Source: Malacoraja senta (lineage: Eukaryota). From it: 64,000 bases of DNA. Under the pieces are notes generated by a model. The model did no database searches. It was not told the DNA's origin and was given only the letters and a program-made list of their open reading frames with translations. A program made the translations under genes and the position numbers. This document shows positions 1-12,550 of the stretch, piece by piece (within the stretch, counting starts at the first letter, position 1; each line of letters starts with the position of its first letter). The stretch lies in assembly GCA_038087875.1 (NCBI GenBank), contig JAXLNO010003642.1:62001-126000 (forward strand), in the 5' to 3' direction.

Positions 1-1353
1 CCTTATGATTACTCTTGTACTTTGCACCACCACTTCCCGCCCATCGCCCCAACCCCCGGCCCAATGATACAGTCAGGGACTGGCAATGGCAGAATTCTGC
101 CCACCCTCCAGAGCAAGTCATCCCACCCCACGGACTTCTTCCCAATACACACCAACAACACAGTGCCCACCCTCCTGTCTCCGGTCCCAAAACATGCCGC
201 CAAAGGTTTAGTTGCCGGGGCAGAGCCCGATTGATAAAGCAATCACTCCCTAGGCCCAAGATAGACAAAAAGAAGCTGGAGTAACTCAGCGGGTCAGACA
301 ACATCTCTGGAAACAGGATTGAGGTCGAGACCCTTCTTCAGATTGAGACAGCGGAAAGGGCTCCAATTTACAGTTAAATGCAAGCTAAACTTTGCATCAT
401 TACTACATCTCTAGTGGACACCGGAACTGCACCAAACCACAGAAATTACCCCATTTCTTTACCCACTTTGATAACATTTCCAAATTCTAATCAGTACTGA
501 AAAATGATTAGACGCGTGACTGAGTAGGCAAGAAGCATCTCAGAGCAACTTGTAAACTGAACACTGGCCATCCTGTTAAAAGATTATATTCACAAAACTT
601 TCCTCACCTGGCCTTGTGATTCCCTTCCATCAGCCAGTTGCTGTCTTTCCGTCTCGGATGTAAACCTGGCTTGTGATGAATCCACAAAGACTGCCTTTAT
701 CATCACCTCTTCCACATGCACCGCCCACCCCTCGCCCATCACCCCAACTCCACCCACCCTCCAGAGCCAGTCTCCCACCCCACTGACTACTTCCCAATAC
801 ACAGCCGGCCCCTCGTCTCTGGTCCCAAAACATTTGAACAAGAATGTTGTTGGTCTCCAGATTGACAAAGCAATCACTAGGCCCACTCATGTCAACGCGT
901 TAAATTGAACCGTGCCCAGCCGGAGTCCTACGTTAGTGGTGATGTTTACAGAATACAAACTGTGGTTCACCTGCAATTTACTTTCTCTTCAGATTTCCCG
1001 CCAACATTGTCCCTATAGGTGTGTGTCATTCACAGTGCCAGGAATTGTCATTTTGAATAATTTGCTGAAGATTTTTTAAATATTTTGTCAGACCTGGAAT
1101 CGCAGTTGCATCTTTGGGTCCAAATCCTAGCGGCAACTCATCTTTTCCTTTTAAAATGTACATTGTTGAAATTAATAATTACACCATTCACTCCACCACC
1201 CTCCCAACGCACACACAAACCAAATATTTAACACTAATTTGTATTGGTCATAGATAGTTGCCTGAATCTTTGTTCAGCAAAAATCTATCCATCATTAACT
1301 GCCAGTCTGAGCGGCGGACAGGTCTGTGAGTCAATAAGTGGCATTGAAACAAA

Positions 1354-1960
1354 GCCGAAGAGACAGACATCAGGCAGAGCCGTGGTTGTCGGGGACTCCA
1401 TCGTGAGAGGTACAGACAGGGGTTTCTGCAGCAACAGGCGGGATTCAAAGATGGTGTGTTGCCTCCCTGTTGCCAGGATCCAGGACGTCACGGACCAATT
1501 ACAGGGCATCCTCAAGGGTGAAGGTGAGCAGCCGGAAGTGGTCGTGCATGTCGGCACAAATGATGTCGGGAAGAAGAGGAAAGAGATTCTGCAGCGTGAC
1601 TTTACAGAGCTCGTAGAAGGCTGAAAAGCAGGACCTCCAGGGTGGTTATCTCCGGTTTGCTTCCAGTTCCTCGTGCTGGAGAGGGCAGGAACAGGGAGAT
1701 AGGGGATCTGAATGTGTGGCTGAGGAGCTGGTGCAGGGGGCAGGGATTTGTATTCTTAGCCCATGGGATCTGTTTTGGGGTAAAGGTGAACTGTACAAAA
1801 GGGACGGGTTACACCTTAACTGGCGGGGGACCAGCATTGTGGCAGGCAGGTTTGCAACTGCTACACGGGGGGTTTAAGGTAAATAGTGGGGGGGGGGACA
1901 AATTGGAAATACAAGGATGGAGTTAAAGGGAAAGAGAGTATAGGAAATGTTAAGAAAGAC
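1354..1960 (+). mobile_element. CR1 LINE ORF1 SGNH-esterase fragment
   Basis: VVGDSIVRG, VVHVGTND, VISGLLP, LNVWLRSWC and DGLHL, with frameshifts. Confidence 0.88.
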
Positions 1961-1964
1961 CCCA

Positions 1965-2835
1965 GAATTATTATTATTATTAATATTTTTTTATTATTAA
2001 TACTTTTGTTAGAAGCAATGTACAGTAGTATAAACCGTGTATAATATAATACATTTCGTGTACAACTTCTTGTTTTTAATTTAATAATAGAGAAGTAACA
2101 GAAGCAAGAAAGAAAGGGAAAGAGAAAGTTAAGTAAAGTAGTGATATTGATAGTTCGTGAAAGAATAGAAAGAAAGAGCCCGTGAAGATATAAAGAGAAA
2201 AAAAAGAAAAAAAGGGGATATACCTGCTTCATATCTTTCCACACCCCTCACCCAGTTCTGAAACAATTAATTTCCAGGGTTATGTTGCACCATACACTTG
2301 TAATGTTGATAAAAGGAGACCAAATCTTTAAGAATTGGTCTGATTTACCTGCTAGGACGAATCTCATATCTTCGAGATGTAACATTTCAGACATGCTTGA
2401 AATCCACATTTTAAGCGTTGAGGTGGGTGCATTTTTCCCGAATTTGAGTATAGGTTTTTTGCCATTATCTAGCCATAGTTTAGAAGACAGTTTTGGAACG
2501 AAGTCAGCTCAGAGCCGGCTTCCATTGTTCCAAAAATAATCAATTCTGTGTTGGGGTACAATTGTATTTTAAATAATTTTGTGAAAATTTCAAACATTTA
2601 TTTCCAAAATTTGTGGAGTTTTATGCATGGAAGTGTGCTATAGTTGCATCTTGAGATAAGCATTTATCACAGATGGGAGAGACATTTGGAAACCTTTTAT
2701 TCAGATTAGTTTTGAGTAATATAGTCTATGTAAAATTTTAAATTGAATTAAGGTATGTCTTACATTAATCGAACCTTTGTGTACGTATGACAAATATTTA
2801 TCCCATCTGTCTTTCGAAATTGTTATAGATAGTTC
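1965..2835 (-). mobile_element. L1 LINE 3-prime fragment
   Basis: Reverse complement resembles the L1 at 24.7-26.1 kb (IRFVLAGKSDQFLKIW), with a pyrimidine-rich UTR and A-rich tail. Confidence 0.8.
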
Positions 2836-3248
2836 TTGTTCCCACTCTCTTCTAATTGCATCTGACGATGGTATTTGTATATAAACACCAGAATTAATGG
2901 GACAGAAAGCTCACAAAGGGATAGGAGAGTATGGCCAAGTGAAATAGGGATCGATGTGAAAGATGAAAAGCATTCTGCCAACACACAGCTAAACCAAATA
3001 TTTAACACTAATTTGTATTGGTCATTCATGGTGACCTGACTCGTTGTTCAACAAATCTAACCATCATTAACTGATTACAGATCAAGTTGGAGGAAAGCAA
3101 AGAATTGCAGTCTGGCAAACCCGAGCTTTTGGAATGGCTTCTTACTGACAAGTGATTCATACTGTTGCTCCCAGGCAATTGCCCAATCCCCGGCCTCTGT
3201 CCTGCACCATCCCCCCAGCCACAGATGTTAATTTAGTTCAGTTTAGTC

Positions 3249-4328
3249 AAGTCAAGTCAAGTCAAGTCACATTTATTTATATCGCACATTTAAAAACAAC
3301 TCTCGTTGGCCAAAGTGCTTTACATTGGTATAAGAATAGTATAACAACAAACTACATACATATAGCCCTCGCTCAGAGGACGTCAAGAAAGGCTTGGGAG
3401 TACAGATGAGTTTTTAGTCTCGACTTAAAGGAGTCGATGGAGGGGGCAGTTCTGATGGGAAGAGGGATGCTGTTCCACAGTCTAGGAGTTGCAACCGCAA
3501 AGCGCGGTCGCCCCTGAGCTTATGCCTAGACCGCGGGATATTCAGCAACCCTAAGTCGGCCGATCTGAGGGACGTGGAGGTGGTGTGGTGGGTAGCAGAC
3601 TTTTAATGTAGGTGGGGGCAAGCCCATTGAGGGCTTTGTAGACATAAAGGAGGATCTTGAAATTTATTCGGAACCGCACAGGGAGCCAGTGGAGAGAGGC
3701 CAGGATCGGGGTGATGTGGTCCCTTTTTCAGGTGCCCGTCAGGAGTCTCGCTGCAGCGTTTTGAACCAGTTGCAGGCGGGACAGGGAAGATTGGCTGATG
3801 CCAGTGTAAAGGGAGTTGCAATAATCTAGGCGGGAGGAGATAAATGTGTGGATGATCTTTTCGAGGTCATCAAACTGGAGGAATTGTTTTATTTTAGCTA
3901 TCGTCCGAAGCTGAAAGAAGCTAGCTTTTACCACGGCATTGACTTGTTTGTCAAATTTCAGTGCTGAGTCAAATATCACCCCAAGGTTTTTGATGTGAGG
4001 TTTGAGTAGTGGGGTAAGGCTTCCAAGGCTGCCTGCTATCATTTTGATTGAGTCCGAGGGGCCGAGAAGGATGACCTCAGACTTACTCTTGTTTAGTTGG
4101 AGGAAGTTCTGGGCCATCCAACACTTTATATCCTCGAGGCAGTGGATAAGGTTAAGCAGATTTGATTGTTTTTTGGGCTTTAGGGGGAGATAGAGTTGTG
4201 TATGCTCTGCGTAGCAATGGGAGGAAATGCCGTGCCTTTCAATGACTTGGCCTAAGGGGAGCATATCCAGGGAGAAGAGAATGGGGCCAAGGATGGAACC
4301 TTGTGGAACCCCACAGCGGAGACTAGCT
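3249..4328 (-). mobile_element. L2-clade LINE 3-prime fragment (RT)
   Basis: GVPQGSILGP, QNFLQLN, KNLGVIFD, SRLDYCNSL and QNAAARLL; (TTGAC)n tail with AATAAA. Confidence 0.9.
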
Positions 4329-4333
4329 GAGAC

Positions 4334-4770
4334 TAGATTAGAAATACAGCATGGAAACAAGCCCTTCAGCCCACCGAGTCCGTGCCGACCAGCGATCTCG
4401 CACACTAACACTATTCTACACACTAGGGACAATTTCCAATTTTACCAAAGCCAGTTAATCTACAAACTTGTGTAAGAATGAATTGCACATACTGGTTTAA
4501 ACCGAAGATAGACATTAAAAGCTGGAGTAACTCAGCGGGACAGGCAGCATCTCCGGAGAGAAGGAATGGATGACGTTTTGGGTTGAGACCCTTCTTCAGA
4601 CTTGCACAAACTTGTACGTCTTTGCCGTGTGTGAGGAAACCGGCGCACGCAGAGAGAACCTACGCAGGTCATGGGGAGAACGCACAAACTCCGTATTCCG
4701 TAAGGACAGCACTCGTAGTCGGGTCTCTAGCGCTATGAGGCAGCAACTCTACCGCTGCACCACCTTCTAT
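4334..4770 (-). mobile_element. HE1/V-SINE-type tRNA SINE split by a Penelope terminal fragment
   Basis: tRNA-like head with A/B boxes at 4700-4765; CR1-like tail at 4334-4470. Confidence 0.75.
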
Positions 4771-5579
4771 GTCTGTGTACACAAACAACATAAGGAGAAA
4801 CAGCTCAGCTGGCAGAGGAACAGAGGCAATTGTTTCCTGGTCAACTGTAAAAGTCAGAGAAATCACAAAATGAAAGGTTTAAAACATGAGTGAAGTGTGT
4901 GAGGCCCTGTGCAGACAGAAAGTCTACAGCTTGTATCTGACAAATGCATTCTAGAGTGTCACTCCCAGGGAAGCACAGCCACTGAACAATTGTAATCACA
5001 CAAATAAATGTGTGAATGGGTGCACTCCACCTTCAACTTCAAAAGCTGCTGAGCACATCATTGTTGATGTTAGCGTTTCTTGTGAGCAGAGTTTTTTTTC
5101 TCTCTTTTCAAACACTTTATTTTTGTCAAACCTTTGAGTCTTAGACTTCCAGATTGCATCTAAATGCAAGCTAAACTTTGCATTTCTACATCTCTAGTGG
5201 CCACAGGAACTGCATCAGAACTGAATCTATCCGTCTCCTTTACGTCGATTAGCTTTCCAAATTCCAATCAGCAACTGAAGAATTGATGCAGACATGTGAC
5301 TCTCAGAATGCTGAAAAGGGCGAGAGGTTTCTCAGAGCAACTTGTAAACCTGCCATCCTGTTTACCCTGTTAAAAGACAACTTTCAGCCCAAGGAATTTG
5401 TTGTGTAGGAAGAAACTGCAGATGCTGGTTTAAACGGAAGATAGACAGAAAAAGCTGGAGCAACTCAGCGGGACACACAAATGTGAAGAAGGGTCTCGAC
5501 CTAAAACGTCACCTATTCCTTTTCTCCAGAAATGCTGTCTGACCCGCTGAGTTACTCCAGCTTTTTCTATTTATTTCTA

Positions 5580-5825
5580 GGAATCAGCTCCCTGCTCTGT
5601 CACTGGATCTTTGACTTTCTGACCCACAGACCACAAGCAGTGAGAATAGGTGAAACCTCCTCCATAATATTACTCAATACAACGATGCCAAGCAACGATG
5701 CGTTCTCAGTCCATTACTAAACTCCCTATACACTCACGACTGTACGGCCAAATTCAACGCTAACTCCATCCACAAGTTTTGAGGTGACACCAATGTACTG
5801 GGCTGCACTAGACAATTGCCTAACC
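5580..5825 (+). mobile_element. Rex1/Babar-type LINE RT fragment
   Basis: LCHWIFDFLTHRPQAVRIG..SLYTHDC pattern. Confidence 0.6.
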
Positions 5826-6020
5826 GCCAGTGACCTTGGTAGAAACAAAAAACTGCAGATGCTGGTTTATACCAAAGATAGACACAAAGTACTGGAGTAA
5901 CTCACTGGGTCAGAATTATTGCAGGTGTGTGACTATGAGAAGGCAACAGGTGTCTCAGAGCAACCTGTAAACTGAACACTAGTCATCCTGTTAAGGCAAC
6001 ATTCACTAAACCTTGCTCAC

Positions 6021-6090
6021 CTGGCCTTGCCTTTCTCCTCTGGCAGCCAGCTGCTGCCTCTGCTCCTCAGCCAGAAGGCTCATGATAAAT
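6021..6090 (-). other. Putative exon of an unidentified gene, MSLLAEEQRQQLAARGERQGQ
   Basis: Acceptor ctttgtag, ATG at 6083, donor CAG|GTGAG; degenerate paralog at ~608-690 with the same donor. Confidence 0.35.
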
Positions 6091-6553
6091 CTACAAAGGA
6101 TGCCTCTTGCACTTTCCACCACCCACCCCCACCCACTGACTTTTCCCAATACACAGCCGACAGAGCAGTGGGCCTGCCCCTCATCTCTAATCCCAAAACA
6201 ATGAGAAACATAGCAAATAGGTGCAGGAGTAGGCCATTCGGCCCTTCGAGCCGTTTAATATGGCTGCTCATCCAAAATCAGTACCCCGTCCCTGCTTTCT
6301 CTCCATATCCCTTGATTCCGTTGGCACTAAGAGCTTGGCCGTTAGCCGTAAGAATTGGGCAAGAACTTTCTGTGGGACACGGTAGGATTGTTAAACCAAT
6401 CATTTCCAAGCAAGGCTCACTCATGAATGTATGAAATGTAATTTAATTTGTAAACAACACCGCTAACCTTGGACTGTGGTGTAGTTTACAAATATATGAT
6501 CATCTTGTTGACATGCGTTGACTTTCTGATCAGATTGAGACTTTGGAGTCTCA

Positions 6554-6882
6554 TGGGCCTGTCCCACTTACGCAACTTTTTCGGCGACTTGCCGGCACCC
6601 GTCATAGGTCGTTGCAGGTCACAGAAAATGTTCAACGTTGAAAACCCAGCGGCGACTAGAACAAGGTACGACTCTTTGGGTAACTACTCACGACCATACA
6701 GGCTTCACCCCGCGACATGTCGCCTGTATGGTCGTGAGTAGTCTCCTCATTCGCCCAAAGAGTCGTCGCATCTTTCTGGACGCCACTGAATTTTCAACAT
6801 ATTGAAAATTTTCAGCGACCTGCAACGACCAATGACGGGTGCCGGCAGTCGTCGAAAAAGTCACGTAAGTGGGACAGGCCCA
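6554..6882. mobile_element. Harbinger-type MITE, 329 bp
   Basis: TIR TGGGCCTGTCCCACTTACG / CGTAAGTGGGACAGGCCCA with long subterminal inverted similarity; TCA duplicated on both sides. Confidence 0.88.
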
Positions 6883-7689
6883 TCAGAAGATGGTCAGTAC
6901 AATTTCCTAAAGACTTTTTCTTGAGCTATAATTGATTCTGAAAGCTCAGTTGAATTTTTGGGCCACATCCAAGTCACAGCTCATCCTTTCCCTTTAAAAT
7001 ATCAATTTCTGAAATGAATAAAAGCAAACTATTTGAGTCCACCACCACATCAACACACACAGAAACATAACATTCAACACTAATTTGTATCAACCATTGA
7101 TGATGGCCTGACTCTGTTCACCAAAATCAAACCTGAATTAACTGATTACAAATCAAATAGTGGCAAAAGCAAACTGCAGCTTATGCCTATCCACATATTG
7201 CTGCTGATTTTGGCAGTAGTGTTGAGATAAGAAACAAACTGCAAAGGTCAAGGAGTCACTGAATCACTGCAATAGGCAACGTTGGATGGGTTGAGCTGGC
7301 CTTAATGTCAATCATTGTCATATTGACAAGTTGGAAGATTAGAATTAGACCATTCGGCCCATCAAGTCCACTCCGCCATTCAATCATGGCTGATCTCTGC
7401 CTCCTAATCCCATTTTCCTATCTTCTCCCCATAACCCTCGACACCCGTTCTATTCAAGAATTTGTCTATCTCTGCCTTAAAAATATCCACTGACTTGGCC
7501 TCCACAGCCCTCTGTGGCAATGCGTTCCACAGATTAATTACCTCTGACTAAAGAAGTTCCTGCTCACCTCCTTTCTAAAAGAGCACCCTTTAATTTTGAG
7601 GCAATGATGCCACAGCAAGCATCCTCTCGTAGTTTCAGTTGATGGAATATGTACTGCAGAATGTTGTCAGATTAGCCAAACACTAGTGC

Positions 7690-8015
7690 TTGGTCTGCCA
7701 ACATACTGGATCTTCCAGTTGCTCACCATTTTAACTACCCTTCACATTCCCATCATAAGCTTTCTGTCCTCAGCCTCCTCCATTGCCAGAGTGAGGCAAC
7801 ACATAAACTGGAGAAGCAGCATTTCATCCACATTGAACATTGAAATCACTAACTTCTCTTCTAGTTTTCTCCCTCCTCCCGATCACCATCAATCTGAAGA
7901 AAGGTCTTGACCCAAAATATCACCTATCCATGTTCTCCAGAGATTCTGTCTGTCTGACCCATTGAGTTACTCCAGCACTTTGAGTCTTTTTTTGTAAACC
8001 AGCAACTGCAGTTGC
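7690..8015 (+). mobile_element. Penelope-like 3-prime fragment
   Basis: DLPVAHHF..KLEKQH..NIEITNF followed by the terminal repeat. Confidence 0.7.
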
Positions 8016-8350
8016 TGGTATTTCCTATACAAGCAGTTGGCTTAAAACTTTAAGAAATTGGCATCCATATAGAAGGTAGAAAGACAGGTAGCAGGACTTC
8101 CTGTTTAGAACATCTCAGTAAACCTTACCCCAGCACAAGTGTTACAAAAAATTAGGCCCCAAAGTGGAACTGAGAGAGGAGGCAGATGCAAGTGGGAGAC
8201 AGGGAGAGACGGTGAGAGGTGGGGGAAAGAGGTTTCAGTTGGACAAACAACCACTGGTAAAGCCATGGCTCGTTGCTTCTAGGAGAGTGGAGAAAATGTC
8301 CTCAATCGACAGACTGCAACTTCAGAAACCCCTCGTCTCGACCGCGCTGG

Positions 8351-8839
8351 AGATTTCCGCTGGTGCAAGGAACAAATGACCTAAAGTTTGCGTTGAGTGA
8401 ACTGAGTGTTCTTACCGTCCTCGTCGTACACCGGCGTTTTGTGAGAGTGGTTGTATCCCGGGATGCAGGGGTGGAGGAGTCAGCGGCCGACAGACAGGTG
8501 AGCGGGCCACGGTAGCTGGTGCCTCTCCCTCCGCTCACTCGCCGCTGGAAGAAGTGATACCTCTACACCCCGGGTCGAGAGCTGCCTCCTCCATCCCGCT
8601 GCTCAGCGGCAGCTGACTAGGATCCCACAGCATCACCGATGCCTCACATCAGCTCCTGATCCCCCGCCCGCCCGCCTGTCTGTCTGTCCGGATAATGTGA
8701 CCGACGTTGGTTGAGCTGAAGCTGGAATCCAACCACTCTCATAAAACGCCGGTGTCCGGCGGCGAGAATGTTAACAACACAGTTCACTCAACGCAAACTT
8801 CAGGTCCTTTGTTCCTTAGTTGCGCCCGTGGAAATCCCC
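8351..8839. repeat. Diverged inverted repeat (arms 8351-8459 and 8724-8839) around a CpG-rich spacer; candidate promoter
   Basis: Perfect 21-mer (8384-8404 vs 8780-8800) and a 25-mer with 1 mismatch (8428-8452 vs 8731-8755); high CpG density. Confidence 0.85.
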
Positions 8840-9004
8840 GCTCCCATCCATCCCAACCACGCACACACACACGTCTAATGTGTAGGAGGTGTGAAGGAGG
8901 CTCTTCTATCCACAGGTCCGCGGACGGGAGTGTCGGTCGGTCCAGGTCCGCAGGCAGTGCGGAGGGGAGACGCCGGTGGGGTTGAGCTGGAGTTGGTGCT
9001 TCTT

Positions 9005-9630
9005 ATCCACTAACAAGAGGATTTCAGTATAGGAGTAAAGAGGCTCTTCTGCAGTTGTATAGGGCTCTGGTGAGACCACATCTGGAGTATTGTGTACAGT
9101 TTTGGTCCCCTAATTTGAGGAAGGACATCCTTGTGATTGAGGCAGTGCAGCGTAGCTTCACGAGATTGATCCCTGGGATGGCGGGACTGTCATATGAGGA
9201 AAGATTGAAAAGACTGGGCTTGTATTCATTGGAGTTTAGAAGGATGAGGGAGATCTTATAGAAACATATAAAATTATAAAAGGACTGGACAAGCTAGATG
9301 CAGGAAAAATGTTCCCAATGTTGGGCGAGTCCAGAACTAGGGGCCACAGTCTTAGAATAAAGGGGAGGTCATTTAAGACTGAGGTGAGAAAAAACTTTTC
9401 ACCCAGAGTTGTGAGTTTATGGAATTCCCTGCCACAGAGGGCAGTGGAGGCCAAGTCAATGGATGGATTTAAGAGAGAGTTAGACAGAGCTCTAGGGGCT
9501 AGTGGAGTCACGGGATATGGGGAGAAGGCAGGCACGGGTTATTGATAGGGGACGATCAGCCATGATCACAATGAATGGCGGTGCTGGGTCAAAGGACCGA
9601 ATGGCCTCCTCCTGCACCTATGTTTCTATG
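9005..9630 (+). mobile_element. CR1 LINE 3-prime fragment
   Basis: [26 protein letters not shown]; UTR ending CTATGTTTCTATG. Confidence 0.9.
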
Positions 9631-10362
9631 ATGGGCCAGCGCCCCGCCGGGACAGGCAGAGTTGGAACCGGCACCAACCCCCCCGGCCCGGGGCCGGTCC
9701 GGACGGGACACTCGGGAGGGGATGGAGACTGGGACGGCCCAGCGGCGGCTGGATAGGGACAAGACGCAGGTCTGCATCCATCCAGTGGCACGGCCACCAC
9801 CAGTGTTTAGCCCGAGCCACCTATGACCTGTGCATTCAGTCGGAATACCGAACTGGCCTATTATAAATCGCTTTAGCGATAACATGTGACTCTACCTAGG
9901 CATGCTTATATTTAACATGTTTGCATGAATGGCCCTCAGACGCTTAGTCAATCTGTCCCAGTCGTCCACAATACCCTTGCTCATGTGTTTTGGGATTTGT
10001 AATGTGGGTCAGGCACTGTGCTGTTGGCTGTGTATTGGAAGGAAGTCTGTGGGGTGGGATAGTGTGCAGGCTTCTGCCATTGACAATGTCTGAATGTATC
10101 ACTGGGCTGGGGGTTGGAGTTGTGGGTGAGACCCCCTCTATCTCTGATGACCTTCCCTGCACCGACAGCCCTCCTTGCTCTCTGACGGCACACCTCGCAC
10201 TCCTGAACCGGGACGATTCAGGCTCCTATATCTTACTAGACTAAGTCCCAGTCACACGGGAGGGAGGCCTGGTTCCCCCAACGCAATATTCCACTACTCA
10301 CCCATAGCCCCTAACTTCCCCTCATCCCCAGCACTCCCTCACCCTCATAACGAGGGGAGGAG

Positions 10363-10822
10363 GGAAGTGGGGTGTGTGGCGGGGGAGGGGAGGTGTGTAT
10401 GTGGGCGGGAGGAGTGTGGGAGGGGGGAGTGTGTGGGCAAGGGAGAGTGTTTGCACGGGGGACCGGTGTGTGGATAGGTGAGGGGATGGGTGAGGAGGGG
10501 ATGGGTGGGGGGTTTGTGGGGGGAGCGGTGTGTGGATGGGAGGGTTTGTGGGGGAGGGGGTGTGTGGGTGGGGATGTGGGGGGGGGGGTTGTGTGGCGAG
10601 AGGGGTGTGTGGGTGGGAGGGGATGTGGGGGGAGAGGGGGTTTGTGGGGAGGGGGGTGTGTGGGTGGGAGGGGATGTGGGGGGAGGGGGTGTGTGGGTGG
10701 GAGGGGTTATGGGGGGGATTGTGCGGGGAGGGGGGTGTGGGTGGGATGGGGGTTTGTGGGGAGGGGGGGGTGGGTGGGAGGGGTTATGGGGGGGTTGTGG
10801 GGTGTGTGGGCGGGGGGGAGGG
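10363..10822 (+). repeat. G-rich low-complexity repeat (GGGTGTGTGGG-like units)
   Basis: Dense G-runs; the long Gly-rich ORFs here are compositional. Confidence 0.9.
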
Positions 10823-11021
10823 GTAGAGAGCTCGGAGAAAATACAGGGGAAGAGCCATGGGAAGAAGGGGGTATCACGGGAGCCAGCGAGGGGGACCAGA
10901 GGGGTAGTGGCTGGAATTGGCAGTGCTATGGGGACTCACAGTGGTCGCTGGTCGTTCTCCTACGCTGGGATCAGTCTCCGCTTTCCATTTGGCGACATCT
11001 CCGACTCAACTCCATACACCG

Positions 11022-11397
11022 CCTCCCCCACACCCTCCTCCCCCCACAACCCCAACCTCGCCCCTCCCCCCACAACCCCCCTCCCCCCACACACCCTCCT
11101 CCCTCACACTCTCCTCCCCCCACAACCCACCTCCACCACACAACCCCCCCTCCTCCCCCCACAACCCAAACCCCGCCCCACCCCCCACAACCACCCCTCC
11201 TCCACACCCTCCTTCCCCCACAACCCCAACCCCCCCTCCCCCCACAACCCCAACCCCGCCCCTCCCCCCACAATCCCCCCTCCCCCCACACTCTCTTCCC
11301 CCACAACCCCAACCCCGCCCCTCCCCGCACAACCCCCTCCCCCCCCCACAACCCCAACCCCGCCCCTCCCCCCACAACCCCAACCCCAACCTCGCCC
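11022..11397 (+). repeat. C-rich low-complexity repeat (CCCCACAACCCCAACCCCGCCCCT-like units)
   Basis: Dense C-runs. Confidence 0.9.
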
Positions 11398-11913
11398 CGG
11401 AGGCTCAGCGATAGAGTTGCTGCCTTAACACTCCGGGTTCCAGAGTTTGTACATTCTCCCCATGGGTTTTATAGACAATAGATAATAGACAATAGGTGCA
11501 GGAGTAGGCCTTTCGGCCCTTCGAGCCAGCACCGCCATTCAATCTGATCATGGCTGATCATTTTCTCCGAGATCTTCGGTTTCCTTCCACACCAAATACT
11601 GGTTCGTAGGTTAATTGTGTTGGTATAAATGTAATTTGTCCCTCGTGTGGGTCTTGTGAGTCTGTGGAATTCTCCACCACAGAGGACGCTTCTCTGGAAA
11701 CTTTCAAGAGAGAGCAAGATCGAGCTCTTGAAGATAGCGGAGTCAGGGGATGTGGGGAGAAGGCAGGAGCATGGTACTCATTGTGGATGATCAGCCATGA
11801 TCACATTGAATGGCGGTGCTGGCTTGAAGGGCTGAATGGCCTACTCCTGCACCTATTGTCTATTGATAGTGTTAGTGTGCGGGGATTCCTGGTCGCTGGT
11901 CGGTGCGGACTAA

Positions 11914-12550
11914 GGGCCTGTCCCACTTGGGCCGTCACTTACGCAACAGGCCGGTAGTGAAGGTCGCGCGATGGTCCCGTGAGAGTCGCGCGCGTCATCA
12001 TGCGCCCGCACAGCCGTCTGGAGCACGTGACGTCATTTGAAAATGGGCACAAAATGCAGGAGTAACTCAGCGGGACCGGCAGTATCTCTGGAGAGAAGGA
12101 ATGGATGATATTTTGGGTCGAGACCCTTCTTCAGTCTGAAAGAAGGGTCTTGACCCGAAACGTCACCCATTCCTTCTCTCAAGAGATGCTGCCTGTCCCG
12201 CTGAGTTACTCCGGCATTTTATGTCTATCTTGGATCGTCTTGGCCCCGATCTGGGAGTAGGAGTGGGGGCGGATCCGGATCCGCAACGGCTGTGAGCTGA
12301 GTTCGACGATCGTTTGCCTGCTTCAGCTGCTGTTGGAGGTGAGACGTTGCGTCGCGTCAGGGTCTTGGGCCTGTCCCACTTTGGCCGTCAGTTACGCGAC
12401 AGGCTGTTGGCACGTGAAGATTTTGTGCAGGACAAAGTCCACATTCCTCCACACCATACCATGCGCCCGTCCCCGTGCTACCCACGTACTACCTACACGC
12501 TAGCAAGTCGCGTAAATGGCGCGCGAAAGACAGCCAAGTGGGACAGGCCC
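11914..12550. mobile_element. Compound Harbinger-type MITE inside a SINE
   Basis: Left TIR GGGCCTGTCCCACTT at 11914 and again at 12367; right TIR ends at 12550; TAA/TTA flanks; carries a Penelope-derived palindrome. Confidence 0.75.

Noticed and set aside
4700-4765. tRNA-like sequences with A and B boxes here and at other SINE heads
   Set aside because: SINE heads, not tRNA genes: no complete cloverleaf, and each is followed by SINE body.
9780-9930. Minus-strand octamer-like, PSE-like and TATA motifs suggesting a Pol III snRNA gene
   Set aside because: The downstream sequence resembles no RNA I know, has no T-run terminator, the spacing is wrong, and the block is a homolog of 880-950 where the motifs are not kept.
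10235-10325. Possible Helitron 3-prime end (minus strand ...GTCTAGT)
   Set aside because: Only a terminal CTAGT and a recalled resemblance; no 5-prime end or convincing hairpin.
10372-11481. 369-aa and 316-aa Gly/Pro-rich ORFs
   Set aside because: Products of G-rich and C-rich low-complexity DNA, open in several frames on both strands.
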